Source of the DNA: Rickettsiales bacterium | GTDB lineage: Bacteria; Pseudomonadota; Alphaproteobacteria; Rickettsiales; UBA1997 | Length of the DNA: 64,000 nt | NCBI GenBank assembly: GCA_047627215.1 | Contig: JBLHTM010000002.1 | Location: 158 to 64,157, forward strand | Direction: 5' to 3' | Shown here: piece after piece, positions 9,486 through 19,648 of the stretch | How the letters are laid out: each line of letters starts with the position of its first letter | How positions within the stretch are numbered: the stretch's first letter is position 1 | Position numbers and translations under genes: made by a program | The notes under the pieces: generated by a model | The model's input: the letters and a program-made list of their open reading frames with translations, nothing else | The model's database searches: none | Told to the model about the DNA's origin: nothing

Positions 9486-9585
9486 AATAATAGTAATTAA
9501 ATTAAATCAGAAACTGCTTCCTATGAACGATATCAAGAATAATAGTTTAAAATAACGCCATTTAGTAGGATAAATTATTATTTTT

Positions 9586-10278
9586 CTACAACAAATCAAA
9601 CTTTGAATGCTTAATTTTTCCGCCCAAAGCATATTTTGGTTGGTGTTTCGATTTGCTTTTCACATCAAAATCACGACTAAAAAAAATCGATGTCACTGCT
9701 GCATTTGGTTTTGAAGGGCGAAGTCCATAAAAATCAACTTGAATGAAATTAAGTTTTTCTTTCAAAAACCCAGCACTATTAGGGAACCAATCCGAATTAT
9801 CCAGAATCATCAAGCCATTTTCTTTTATTTTAGTGATTGCTTTTTTAGCGCATAAATAACGACTGAATGATCCATCAATGATAATCACATCAAAATAACC
9901 ATCCGGAAACTGCAAAATAGAATCAGCATATTCACATTGATTGTCTGCTAAAATATGTCGGTGGTGAGGAAATTTTTTCAAATCTTCCGCCAACTTGCCC
10001 ATCCATTTGTAATTATTTTCAACCGAAACAACTTCAGCACCCTGATTTAACCAATAAAGAGTTGATTGACCTGACCCAAACTCAAAAACTCTTTTACCTT
10101 TAAAATCAAGTGAAGACAAATATTCAATCGCTGGGTAGGTGTAGAGAGGAAAAGGATTTCCATCTTTATCCACTGGTACCCCAAGTTCTTCGGATTTTAT
10201 AAATCCATATTCATCAACAAGAATTTTATTTACTTTTTCTAAGTAGTTTTTAGTCATTTTATAAAGAATTTTATCCAT
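9586..10278 (-). CDS. Class I SAM-dependent methyltransferase-like protein
   Basis: Motif I-like VFEFGSGQSTLYW and post-I/II-like VIIIDG. Confidence 0.5.
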   Translation of the reverse strand: MDKILYKMTKNYLEKVNKILVDEYGFIKSEELGVPVDKDGNPFPLYTYPAIEYLSSLDFKGKRVFEFGSGQSTLYWLNQGAEVVSVENNYKWMGKLAEDLKKFPHHRHILADNQCEYADSILQFPDGYFDVIIIDGSFSRYLCAKKAITKIKENGLMILDNSDWFPNSAGFLKEKLNFIQVDFYGLRPSKPNAAVTSIFFSRDFDVKSKSKHQPKYALGGKIKHSKFDLL

Positions 10279-10316
10279 AAAAAAACACCGAAGATTAAAA
10301 AATCTTCGGTGTTTTT
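10279..10316 (-). terminator. Rho-independent terminator after pal
   Basis: Perfect 11-bp stem CACCGAAGATT/AATCTTCGGTG flanked by an A-run and a T-run. Confidence 0.7.
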
Positions 10317-10364
10317 AATTTATCTTAACTTATTAACTTAAGCACGCTCAAAGAAGTAGAAATA

Positions 10365-10841
10365 TTATTTTTTAATCAAAATTGTCACAGCACGACGATT
10401 TTTTGACCAAGATTCTTCATTGCTACCAAATGCAACTGGCTGAACTTCACCAAAACCTATCGCTTTGATTTTAGAATTCTGTACACCGTTATTAGCCAAA
10501 TAATCTTTAACGGCATTTGCTCTTCTTTCGCTCAATTTTTGATTGTAGCCACGAGCACCTCTTTCGTCGGCATGAGCTTCAACAACAACTCTTTTAGTGT
10601 TTGAGTTTTTTGCCTGATCAAGAACTCTATCTTTCAAAGTAGAAATTGCCTTTCTATCCAATTTTGAACTATCAGTGTCAAAATAAACTACAGCAGCTTT
10701 TTGTGCTTTTGGAGTCTGATCTACTAAAATTCTCTTAGGAGATTCATTAATGGAGGTTATGGTCTCAACATCTTTTTGATTTGAGCTACAAGAAGCAACA
10801 GCAAAAGAAACTAATAATATTGCAAAAATTTTATTTAACAT
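10365..10841 (-). CDS. pal: Peptidoglycan-associated lipoprotein (OmpA C-terminal domain)
   Basis: Lipobox FAVASC followed by OmpA-C blocks (VYFDTDSS, HADERG...YNQKLSERRA, NRRAV). Confidence 0.75.
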   Translation of the reverse strand: MLNKIFAILLVSFAVASCSSNQKDVETITSINESPKRILVDQTPKAQKAAVVYFDTDSSKLDRKAISTLKDRVLDQAKNSNTKRVVVEAHADERGARGYNQKLSERRANAVKDYLANNGVQNSKIKAIGFGEVQPVAFGSNEESWSKNRRAVTILIKK

Positions 10842-10952
10842 GACTTTGAATATTTTATTGGTTAAAAAATAGGGTAAATTAAGTTGCTACAAAATCTAAC
10901 AGCCTTAATCAATTATTTCAACAACATAAACTGCAATCCCTTTAAAAAAACC

Positions 10953-12044
10953 ATGGATAGTTTTTCCAAATTTTTTACTCTTGTTATTACCCTGATCATG
11001 ATCCCATCAATTGTGATTGCTAAACAATGCCCAGAGAAATATCAAATCGACATTCAAATGTCTGATCATTGGCATAAGAAAGAGGAAAAAAGACTAAAAA
11101 TAGAAAATAGCCTACTCAAAGAATACTCGAAATACATTATCAGAAGAAACAAAAGGTTGATTCCTGAGAAGTTTTATTGTGAAAAAGAAATAAAATCCAC
11201 ATGCGCTGTCAACAAAAAAAAGGGAATTATTCATAAGCCTGATAATGAAGATTGCTTCATTGAAAATGATTGTGACCCGCTCAAAAATTGTCAAATGGTC
11301 ACCAAAAAAGAAAACCTCAAAAGCCTCCAAGAAATAGAATATCTAATGAAAACCGATGCCGGATTCACTATTGCCAAAAGCTACTGCACCAAAATTGGAA
11401 AATGCATCGGGTATAATGAATTTTTTCACGACACAAAAATCACTGCCCAAGAAGATCGTTTGATAGACATAAAAAATGATAATGCCATCTTCTATCATTA
11501 TTTCTACTCAGCACATAGTCAGAGCTACGAACCCCCTTATAACATCACAAATCTCAAAAGTGGTAATGAACTTTATTTGAACGATAAACCTCATTTTTCT
11601 CCCAACGGAAAAATTATGGTCGAAATTCGCTCAATTCCCAAACAAGATATAAAAATTGGTGATTCGGAAGGAAATTTCCCGACCGGATTTAGTATTAACC
11701 TTTATGAATTAGGCGAAAACGGTGAATACCAAAAAATCACCCCACCACAAGATAATCCACTAGGGCCAATAGACACATCTCTGCCATTTTTATCTACAAA
11801 TCCAAAATGTGGAAAAACTCCACATTTTCATTCTTGGAAGAATAATCAAGAAATACGCCTTTCCAGCCTTCATCCAGAAAAATCAGATAATGGCGATCGA
11901 ACAATATTAAGTTATGATAAAAAAGCTAAAAAATGGGGATGTAGGAAGAATTTTTTTCCAGAACCAAAATGTGAATCATTTACACCAGATGAAATCGATT
12001 TTGTTTCCAATTTGAGCATGGAGCAGCTTAGAAATTGTAGATAA
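10953..12044 (+). CDS. Secreted Cys-rich hypothetical protein
   Basis: The signal-peptide-like start MDSFSKFFTLVITLIMIPSIVIAKQ was chosen over the upstream TTG. There are many Cys residues and no recognised domain. Confidence 0.5.
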   Translation: MDSFSKFFTLVITLIMIPSIVIAKQCPEKYQIDIQMSDHWHKKEEKRLKIENSLLKEYSKYIIRRNKRLIPEKFYCEKEIKSTCAVNKKKGIIHKPDNEDCFIENDCDPLKNCQMVTKKENLKSLQEIEYLMKTDAGFTIAKSYCTKIGKCIGYNEFFHDTKITAQEDRLIDIKNDNAIFYHYFYSAHSQSYEPPYNITNLKSGNELYLNDKPHFSPNGKIMVEIRSIPKQDIKIGDSEGNFPTGFSINLYELGENGEYQKITPPQDNPLGPIDTSLPFLSTNPKCGKTPHFHSWKNNQEIRLSSLHPEKSDNGDRTILSYDKKAKKWGCRKNFFPEPKCESFTPDEIDFVSNLSMEQLRNCR

Positions 12045-12056
12045 TAAATAAATTTT

Positions 12057-12523
12057 GGCTCTTTTTCAAAATGAGTGGGTAAATTAATTGCCACCTTAGG
12101 CAATGTTAGCTAATTAATTAATTAACATTGCCTAAGGTGCAAATCATGAATTGTCAAAAGTTACTGCCATAAGTTACTACAGTTAGTTACAATAAGAAGT
12201 TTCCACTATGAGTTGCCGTCATGCCGGACACAGATTTTCTTAGGTAGCTTTGCTGCCTTAGAAACTCTTGATCCGGTACCTCATGAGGAAAAATATCCGT
12301 CTACAATTCTTGATCAATCTATTCTTCTAAAAGATCCTCGATCCTGACTCCCAAGATATTAACTTTCGCGAGGACGTCGATTATGTGAGTATGGAGGCTA
12401 TGTGAGGATGTAAAAATGGAAAATAAGATGACGATAAATAAAATTCTACCACTCAAATTAGGTTCTTTTATAAAGAAGCTAGGGGTCAATCTTCAAGTGG
12501 ATAGTTCATTTTGAAAAAGAGTC
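12057..12523 (+). mobile_element. MITE-like dispersed repeat, copy B (full length, 467 bp)
   Basis: 18-bp terminal inverted repeats: GGCTCTTTTTCAAAATGA at 12057 and TCATTTTGAAAAAGAGTC at 12506..12523. It has the core palindrome at ~12215..12290 and no ORF. The flanks TAAATTTT / AAAATTTT may be a target-site duplication. Confidence 0.8.
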
Positions 12524-12571
12524 AAAATTTTATTATTCCATTGATATTTTTCATTAAAATAAAAATACAAA

Positions 12572-13297
12572 CTAATATTTATTACCAAAATCTTTATATT
12601 GATGAACACCCTTCATCACTACGTCAAAAGTTACAATTTTAGTAGATTTTGAATTAAATATGTCAGTTAACCTGACTTTTGATGTAAGCAGCTCTCTATC
12701 ATCCTCTTCATAGGATAAATACTGATAATCGGTTGCATTTCTAGGATGATTCTGAAAATACATTTCAGTTTCCAATTTACCAAAAATTTCATGATAGACA
12801 TTCATGTTTATGTGAGGGGATCGGTTCAAATAAAACCCAGGAACGATGGTGATGAAAAAATATTTACCCAAATTGTCGGTACTAGTTCTTCCTGACATAT
12901 TGAAATGCTTATCTATTAAATCACTACCGCGATCAAGTAAAGTGTGGTATTTTCCCGCTGAATTTGTTTGCCAGATCTCCACCACCGCACCAGAAATAGG
13001 GAGGTTAAATGAATCAGTTATCGTTCCTTGTAAAAACATAACTTCCCCAAAAGACGCATAAAAAGATCCTGTTTTCTGAACTAAATTATTAGTGCTATTA
13101 AATTTCTCCGGCATAGAAAGATTAGCGGAAAATAAACGTGATGGGGTTGGTAATTTGGACTCAAAAAGCTCGTTACTATATTTTTCCAAAATCTTTTTAC
13201 TTGACTCAGGATTGGCAAAAGCATTGCCACTTAATAAAAACAGAGTGGCAATAAAAAGACTGGTTATGTGGATAATTCTATTTTCCAACTTACTCAC
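12572..13297 (-). CDS. Secreted intradiol dioxygenase-like protein (protocatechuate 3,4-dioxygenase beta-subunit fold)
   Basis: Signal peptide ...LSGNAFA, then GTITDSFNLPISGAVVEIWQTNSAGKYH and GRTSTDNLGKYFFITIVPG blocks. Confidence 0.65.
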   Translation of the reverse strand: MSKLENRIIHITSLFIATLFLLSGNAFANPESSKKILEKYSNELFESKLPTPSRLFSANLSMPEKFNSTNNLVQKTGSFYASFGEVMFLQGTITDSFNLPISGAVVEIWQTNSAGKYHTLLDRGSDLIDKHFNMSGRTSTDNLGKYFFITIVPGFYLNRSPHINMNVYHEIFGKLETEMYFQNHPRNATDYQYLSYEEDDRELLTSKVRLTDIFNSKSTKIVTFDVVMKGVHQYKDFGNKY

Positions 13298-13485
13298 GTG
13301 GTTATAATCTTAAAAAATTATTTAAAAGCCTCTAGTAAATGTCAGCTAATTAATTGAACCTGAAGGTTTTTTCATAAAATATTTTCTAAAATAAAACAAA
13401 TTTTATTAAAAAATAAGAAAATATATGAAAAGTTTTCAGTTTAATTAATTGGATAACAACGCCTAATTCAGGTTATAAAACGAAC

Positions 13486-14031
13486 TTAGGAAGTTTTATA
13501 TTCCATCATCAGTTCAACATAATTTGTCGCCGAAGTTTCAATGTAATCTCTTTCTTTTTGAGTCAAATCTCTAAAATATCTCGCTGGATTTCCCGCCCAA
13601 ATTTGCCCTGATTTTATAATTTTTCCTGGCGTCAGGACGGCTCCAGCAGCCAACATTCCATATTTCTCAATTCTTGCTAAATCCATCACAATAGATCCCA
13701 TGCCAACAAAAGAATAATCTTCAATTGTGCAGGCATGAATAATGGCCCCATGTCCGATAGTTACACCCTTCCCAATAATTGTTGGTCCTCCAGCATCGCC
13801 AGTTTTATTCTGAACGTGATTAGCGCGAGTGACATGAATAACACTATTATCTTGGATGTTAGTATCGTCTCCAATTCTTATTTTGGACACATCACCACGA
13901 ATAGAGCAGCCAAACCAAATCCCTACATTCTTACCAATTACAACATCTCCAGATACAATGGCGTTAGGGGCGACCCATGCAGAAGATTCAATTTTAGGAA
14001 TAATCCCTCGGTACGTTAAAATGTTCTTCAT
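13486..14031 (-). CDS. Gamma-class carbonic anhydrase / hexapeptide-repeat family protein
   Basis: Left-handed beta-helix repeats and the typical N-terminus (...IPKIESSAWVAPNAIVSGDVVIG..., IHV..., IGHGAIIH). Confidence 0.8.
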   Translation of the reverse strand: MKNILTYRGIIPKIESSAWVAPNAIVSGDVVIGKNVGIWFGCSIRGDVSKIRIGDDTNIQDNSVIHVTRANHVQNKTGDAGGPTIIGKGVTIGHGAIIHACTIEDYSFVGMGSIVMDLARIEKYGMLAAGAVLTPGKIIKSGQIWAGNPARYFRDLTQKERDYIETSATNYVELMMEYKTS

Positions 14032-14422
14032 GTGAATTAATTTTTAATTATGATCTTAGGCCTCTTTAATTTAAAAAAGAAGAGACGGGCGGGATGTAAT
14101 CAAGTCGACCCATAATGGATATTGTCTTTGAAGCAATAAAACAGTCAAAAAGATATCCTAAATAACTTTTTTAGGTGCTATCAGCATTTTACATAAGAAA
14201 AATCTCAAGGACTAAGATTGAAAATAGATCCCTTTATGCACAACGAAGAAAGCAGATTTTATTCTTAAAATAAATCATATAATTATAATTACAAAACCTA
14301 AAAATAGATACCTAAATGTCTTTTAGTGATCTTATCAAGGATAATGAAAAAATATATTAAAACGCTAGAGAAAAAAGGTCCTCAAGAATATTTTTGGATT
14401 TTTTATTAAACAGAAATGGAAT

Positions 14423-14498
14423 TGGTAGCGGAGGAGGGACTCGAACCCCCGACACACGGATTATGATCCCGTTGCTCTACCACCTGAGCTACACCGCC
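14423..14498 (-). tRNA. tRNA with CAU anticodon (elongator tRNA-Met, or tRNA-Ile2 if lysidine-modified)
   Basis: The reverse complement GGCGGTGTAGCTCAGGTGGTAGAGC...ACGGG-ATCATAA-TCCGT...GGTTCGAGTCC...CGCTACCA folds as a cloverleaf with encoded CCA. Confidence 0.85.
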
Positions 14499-14578
14499 AT
14501 GTTTGGGAATAATTTGATAGATAATATTATAGCAGAACTATTTTATAAGCCCTGCTAATATAAAATCATTTTCATCAT

Positions 14579-15151
14579 TTAAGCACCTAGAGCGGCACTC
14601 AATTGATCTTGCTGGTCTTTCTCTTCAGCAGAGAAAGATTTTGTGGTTTTTTCTGACTTTTTATCTTCTTTAGATTTAGCAATCATGATTTCAGACTCTG
14701 ACTCACTTCTACTAACAACAACATTAATTTGAGCGATAACATCTGAATATAAATCAACTTTAACATCAAAAACACCAAGATCTTTAATTGGGCTTTTCAA
14801 TGATATATCAACTCTAGAAACGGTTTTTTCACCAATAATATCGTTAATTTTATTTGCAATTGTTGCAGTTGTAATCGAACCATAAAGACGTCCGTCATCA
14901 GATGCATTTTCTATTATGATGATATTTTTACCATCTAATTTTCCTTTATTATCTTTTGCAGCATCAAAATGTACTTTATTTTCAGCTTCAAAATACTGTT
15001 TTTTCTCTTCATATACTTTGTAGTTAGATACACTGTAAAAAATTGCTTTTTTCTCAGGAATCAAAAAGTTTTTTCCATAACCATCTTTAACATTGATTAT
15101 ATCGCCCACTACACCGAGTTTTGCAACTCTTGAAATTAAAATAACCTTCAT
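14579..15151 (-). CDS. rplI: 50S ribosomal protein L9
   Basis: MKVILISRVAKLGVVGDIINVKDGYGKNFLIP plus the rpsF-rpsR-rplI context. Confidence 0.9.
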   Translation of the reverse strand: MKVILISRVAKLGVVGDIINVKDGYGKNFLIPEKKAIFYSVSNYKVYEEKKQYFEAENKVHFDAAKDNKGKLDGKNIIIIENASDDGRLYGSITTATIANKINDIIGEKTVSRVDISLKSPIKDLGVFDVKVDLYSDVIAQINVVVSRSESESEIMIAKSKEDKKSEKTTKSFSAEEKDQQDQLSAALGA

Positions 15152-15170
15152 AAATTCTTTAAATAATTGT

Positions 15171-15482
15171 TTAAGATTCTTTTTTATCGATAGGAGAAAT
15201 CAACGCTAATTGACGAGCAACTTTAATTGCATTTGAAATAGCTCTTTGCTTTTTCATAGAAACATTAGTAGCTCTAGCAGGAATTATTTTTCCCCTTTCT
15301 GTGATAAATTTATTTATAAGCTTCAAATTCTTATAAGTTATTTGACTTAGGTCAACATCCTTAAGTGGACATTTTCTTCTTTTTCTAACAAAAACAGCTT
15401 GGTTAACTAATGATATTTTTAAAAAAACGTCATCACCTTCAGTTTTATTATTCGTATTTTGTGCGTTAGTTTTAACAACCAT
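15171..15482 (-). CDS. rpsR: 30S ribosomal protein S18
   Basis: RKRRKCPL...YKNLKLINKFITERGKIIPARATN block. The start may be internal. Confidence 0.85.
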   Translation of the reverse strand: MVVKTNAQNTNNKTEGDDVFLKISLVNQAVFVRKRRKCPLKDVDLSQITYKNLKLINKFITERGKIIPARATNVSMKKQRAISNAIKVARQLALISPIDKKES

Positions 15483-15491
15483 GTGAAATTT

Positions 15492-15905
15492 TTAGATTAA
15501 ATTATTAATAACGATTTTATCGATCTTATCATCAATCTCTGATGGCTCTTGAGCGATAATGTTTCCAGCTTTATATTCTTTTGCATCCTTAGAAACTTTT
15601 AAAAGAGATCCTGTAGAATGTTGCTTAACTTTAAATATATTGCTTCTGATAATATTTTCATCAAAACCAATAACTCTTTTTAGCTCTTCAATTGCTTCGA
15701 ATTCCGATTCTATGTTCAGAAGAACATAGTGGCCGCGATTATTTTTGTTGATTTTGTAAGCCAGATCTCTCAACCCCCAATATTCTTTAGAAATAACTTT
15801 TCCTTTATTATCAGTGATGATTTTGGAAAATTTGTCACTTAGATTATCCACGTCTTCAGCAGAAAAATCTTGTCTAGCAATAGAAACTACTTCATAGAGA
15901 GCCAT
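15492..15905 (-). CDS. rpsF: 30S ribosomal protein S6
   Basis: MALYEVVSIARQD...WGLRDLAYKINK...GHYVLLN. Confidence 0.9.
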   Translation of the reverse strand: MALYEVVSIARQDFSAEDVDNLSDKFSKIITDNKGKVISKEYWGLRDLAYKINKNNRGHYVLLNIESEFEAIEELKRVIGFDENIIRSNIFKVKQHSTGSLLKVSKDAKEYKAGNIIAQEPSEIDDKIDKIVINNLI

Positions 15906-16034
15906 AATATAGCATATTTAAATTAGATTGAACACCAGCTTGAGTTCGCCAGCAAAAATGAACCGAGCAATATAGAAGATCGTTTTTTATTTGCAACCAC
16001 AAAACTGAAATTATTGTGATATAAGGACCTTATT

Positions 16035-17918
16035 TTAAGAAGAAGAAGGAATGACGCTTTTTAACGTTCTTTTTCCAGCGTCAGCGGCCCTACGTATTTC
16101 TTTCCCGGACAATAAATCTTTGATCTCATTTCCACTCAAGGTTTCAAACTTTAGTAATCCTTGAGCCAGAGTTTCCAAATCATCTTTCTTATCAGTTAAA
16201 ATTTGATTAGCTTTTTGCAAAGCTTCGTCAACTATTCTTCTTACTTCGGAATCAATCAACTTCGAAGTTTCATCAGAAAACTCTTTATGAAATTGCTGTC
16301 CAGAATTTGATTCTGGCTCATAATCTATTGTACCAACCTTGTCACTAAGACCCCACTTAATAACCATTGCTTTGGCCATTCTGGTAGCATACTCAATGTC
16401 TGAAGATGCCCCTGTTGTCACTTTATCATAACCAAAAATAAGCTCTTCAGCGGCCCTTCCTGCCATCGCAACAGCTAAATCATCATGAAGCTTGGCGCGC
16501 GATACTGAAAAACGATCTACTTCAGGGAGCCTCATAACCAAACCAAGCGCCCTTCCCCTAGGAATTATTGTTGCTTTATGAATAGGATCGGAGTTGGGGC
16601 AGTTAATTGACACAATAGCATGACCGCCCTCATGATAGGCAGTTAGAGTCTTCTCATCATCTTGCATCACCATGGACTTTCTCTCGCTTCCCATCATGAT
16701 TCTATCTTTTGCGTCTTCCAAATTTTGCATTGTAACAAGCAGTTGATTTGATCTGGCCGCAAGCAAAGCCCCCTCATTAACCAAATTAGCTAGATCTGCA
16801 CCAGAAAATCCCGGCGTCCCTTTCGCAATAGTCTTCACATCAACATCAGGCGCAGTTTTTACCTTTTTAATATGAACATTAATAATTTGTTCACGACCAA
16901 TAATATCGGGGCTTGGGACGGTGATTTGACGATCAAATCTTCCAGGGCGAAGCAAAGCCTTGTCCAAAACATCAGGACGGTTAGTTGCGGCGATAATTAT
17001 AACACCCTCATTATCAGAAAAACCATCCATTTCAACTAAAAGCTGATTTAAGGTTTGTTCCCGCTCGTCATTTCCACCACCAACCCCAGAACCTCTATGT
17101 CTTCCAACTGCATCAATTTCATCAATAAAAATTATGCAAGGCGCAGATTTTTTTCCCTGCTCGAACATATCACGAACACGGCTAGCACCAACGCCCACGA
17201 ACATTTCTACAAAATCTGATCCAGAAATTGAAAAGAATGGAACTTCCGCTTCACCAGCAATAGCTCTTGCAAGCAAAGTTTTTCCAGTACCAGGAGAACC
17301 AACCAACAAGCACCCTCGAGGAATTCGAGCGCCAAGCTTAATATATTTTTGCGAATCTTTTAGAAAATCCACCAATTCTGATAATTCGCCTTTTGCCTCA
17401 TCAATACCCGCAACATCAGCGAAAGTTACTTTTCCTTTGGCTTGTTGCAATAATTTGGCTTTCGATTTTCCAAAACTAAAAGCTTTACCAGCTCCACCGC
17501 CTCCGCCCATATTTTTCATGAATCCAAACCACAAAAAAATCATGATTATAAATGGCAGCCAACCCAAAATTGCACCAATAAACTTTTCTGACTTTGAAAC
17601 CAAAGGAGCAGCACTAACTTCAACTTTTTGCTCTTGTAATTTTTCTACCAAATTAGGATATTCTGGCAAAAAAGTATAAAATTTCTCTCCGTCATTTAAA
17701 GTTCCAATCAAATCTTTTCCCTTTATATCAACCTTAGTGACGTCCCCTGCGTCAACTTTTTCAATAAATTGTGAAAAAGAAATTTTATTAGCGTTAATCC
17801 CACCTTCTCCCCCAAATATACTGGATACGTACATGACAATGAAGAAAACTCCTAACCAAATCAGGAAATTTTTCTTAACATTATTAGGCTTTTTTTTGTT
17901 TGGATCGATCGTATTCAT
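16035..17918 (-). CDS. ftsH: ATP-dependent zinc metalloprotease FtsH
   Basis: Walker A GSPGTGKT, Walker [13 protein letters not shown] region, and HEGGHA zinc motif. Confidence 0.95.
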   Translation of the reverse strand: MNTIDPNKKKPNNVKKNFLIWLGVFFIVMYVSSIFGGEGGINANKISFSQFIEKVDAGDVTKVDIKGKDLIGTLNDGEKFYTFLPEYPNLVEKLQEQKVEVSAAPLVSKSEKFIGAILGWLPFIIMIFLWFGFMKNMGGGGGAGKAFSFGKSKAKLLQQAKGKVTFADVAGIDEAKGELSELVDFLKDSQKYIKLGARIPRGCLLVGSPGTGKTLLARAIAGEAEVPFFSISGSDFVEMFVGVGASRVRDMFEQGKKSAPCIIFIDEIDAVGRHRGSGVGGGNDEREQTLNQLLVEMDGFSDNEGVIIIAATNRPDVLDKALLRPGRFDRQITVPSPDIIGREQIINVHIKKVKTAPDVDVKTIAKGTPGFSGADLANLVNEGALLAARSNQLLVTMQNLEDAKDRIMMGSERKSMVMQDDEKTLTAYHEGGHAIVSINCPNSDPIHKATIIPRGRALGLVMRLPEVDRFSVSRAKLHDDLAVAMAGRAAEELIFGYDKVTTGASSDIEYATRMAKAMVIKWGLSDKVGTIDYEPESNSGQQFHKEFSDETSKLIDSEVRRIVDEALQKANQILTDKKDDLETLAQGLLKFETLSGNEIKDLLSGKEIRRAADAGKRTLKSVIPSSS

Positions 17919-17989
17919 TGTTTTTAGATAAAGTTTTAAACGGGTAATTATTATTATTTTATTTTTTGTAAAAAACGATAAGTAAAAAA

Positions 17990-19588
17990 TTAAAGTTTTT
18001 CTCTCATTAACTTGAAAGTGATAGAATCGTGCAATGCTCGATAAGAAGCATCAACAATATTTTCTGAAACACCAATTGTTTGCCATTTATTTCCATGAAT
18101 ATCTTTGGTCTCAATTTGAACTCGAGTGATTGCTTCCGTTCCGTCTGAAGGAGTTAAGATTCTCACATTGTAATCACTTAGAGAAACATCTTCTAGGGTT
18201 GGATATTTTTTTGAAAGAGCCTTACGAAGAGCCTTATCCAAAGCATTTACAGGCCCATTTCCATCCGAAACCGCCATTACAATTTGTCCATCAATTTTTA
18301 TCTTTATTGTCGCCTCAGCAATCAATTCTGTAGTTCCACCATCATTAACCCTTCTCTCATCCAAAACTCTAAAAGAAATTAATTCGAAATAATTAGGCAC
18401 GACACTTAAAGATCTTTTGGCCAAAAGCTCAAAACTAGCATCCGCACCATCGTAAGCGTAACCTTCAGCTTCCAACTCTTTTACTTTTTTTACTAAATAG
18501 GAGATTTGGCTAAATTTGATTTCTTCACTTTCCTCGTCAAGACCGATTTCCTTCAATCTAGCAATAATGTTTGACCTTCCTGCTTGGTCAGAAACCATAA
18601 TTTTTCTTTTATTTCCAACCAAATACGGTTCGATATGTTCATATGATTTTGGATTTTTAGAAATCGCAGAAACATGAAGACCACCTTTATGAGCAAAGGC
18701 AAATTCACCAACAAAAGGAGCAAAGCGATCTTTTGGTTTTGCCAATAAATCATCCAAAAAATGGGAAGATTTTACTAGATTTTTTAGGCCAATATTGGAA
18801 ATTCCGGCGTCAAAGCCCATTTTAAGCATCAATATTGGAATGATACTAATCAAATTAGCATTTCCACATCTTTCACCAAGACCGTTAATAGTTCCTTGAA
18901 TTTGACGAACCCCAGCTTCAACTGCGCAGATTGAATTCGCTACCGCATTTCCAGTGTCATTGTGACAATGAATCCCAAGGTTATCACCAGGAATAACTTT
19001 CACAACCTCACTGATAATTCTGGAAATTTCACTTGGCAACGTTCCGCCGTTTGTATCACAAAGAACGATCCAGCGCGCACCATTTTCATAGGCAGCTTTA
19101 ATTACTTTAATAGAAAATTCTGGGTTCTCTTTATAACCATCAAAGAAATGTTCAGCATCGAACATTGGCTCTTTTTGTGATTTTTTTATATGAGCTATTG
19201 ATTCACCAATCATCCGCAAATTCTCTTCCTCGGAAATATTCAGAGCGTTAGTTAAATGGAAATCCCAAGCCTTACCAACAATACAAACAGATCCAACGGA
19301 GCTGTTGATTAATGCATTTAATCCAGGGTCATTTTGCACGGAAGAAGATGGTCTTCTAGTCATTCCAAAAGCCGTAAATTTCGAGTTATTTAGTTTTGGT
19401 AAATCAGAAAAAAATTCATCATCAGTTGGGTTCGCTCCAGGCCATCCGCCTTCAATATAATCAATTCCCAGACTATCTATCATCAGGGCTATTTCCTTTT
19501 TATCACGGACATTGAAATTCACCGTACTAGTTTGTGCTCCATCGCGCAAAGTTGAATCGTATAAATAAACTCGTTCTTTTTTAGTCAT
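17990..19588 (-). CDS. cimA: Citramalate synthase / LeuA-related synthase
   Basis: MTKKERVYLYDSTLRDGAQ..., HCHNDTGNAVAN, and a long C-terminal regulatory domain. ATG at 19588 is preferred over the upstream GTG. Confidence 0.8.
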   Translation of the reverse strand: MTKKERVYLYDSTLRDGAQTSTVNFNVRDKKEIALMIDSLGIDYIEGGWPGANPTDDEFFSDLPKLNNSKFTAFGMTRRPSSSVQNDPGLNALINSSVGSVCIVGKAWDFHLTNALNISEEENLRMIGESIAHIKKSQKEPMFDAEHFFDGYKENPEFSIKVIKAAYENGARWIVLCDTNGGTLPSEISRIISEVVKVIPGDNLGIHCHNDTGNAVANSICAVEAGVRQIQGTINGLGERCGNANLISIIPILMLKMGFDAGISNIGLKNLVKSSHFLDDLLAKPKDRFAPFVGEFAFAHKGGLHVSAISKNPKSYEHIEPYLVGNKRKIMVSDQAGRSNIIARLKEIGLDEESEEIKFSQISYLVKKVKELEAEGYAYDGADASFELLAKRSLSVVPNYFELISFRVLDERRVNDGGTTELIAEATIKIKIDGQIVMAVSDGNGPVNALDKALRKALSKKYPTLEDVSLSDYNVRILTPSDGTEAITRVQIETKDIHGNKWQTIGVSENIVDASYRALHDSITFKLMREKL

Positions 19589-19648
19589 TTTATTATTTTT
19601 TAAAAAAATCACTCACGCGAAAGGAGGTACGCATCATCATATATATTT

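Noticed and set aside
17134-17679. Long antisense ORFs inside conserved genes (17134..17679 in ftsH, 36460..36810 in pepA, 41645..42022 in the DUF374 gene, 45530..45892 across kbl, 2447..2926 in tauE)
   Set aside because: Each is fully embedded opposite a gene with strong family motifs and has a composition typical of antisense frames. There is no independent support.
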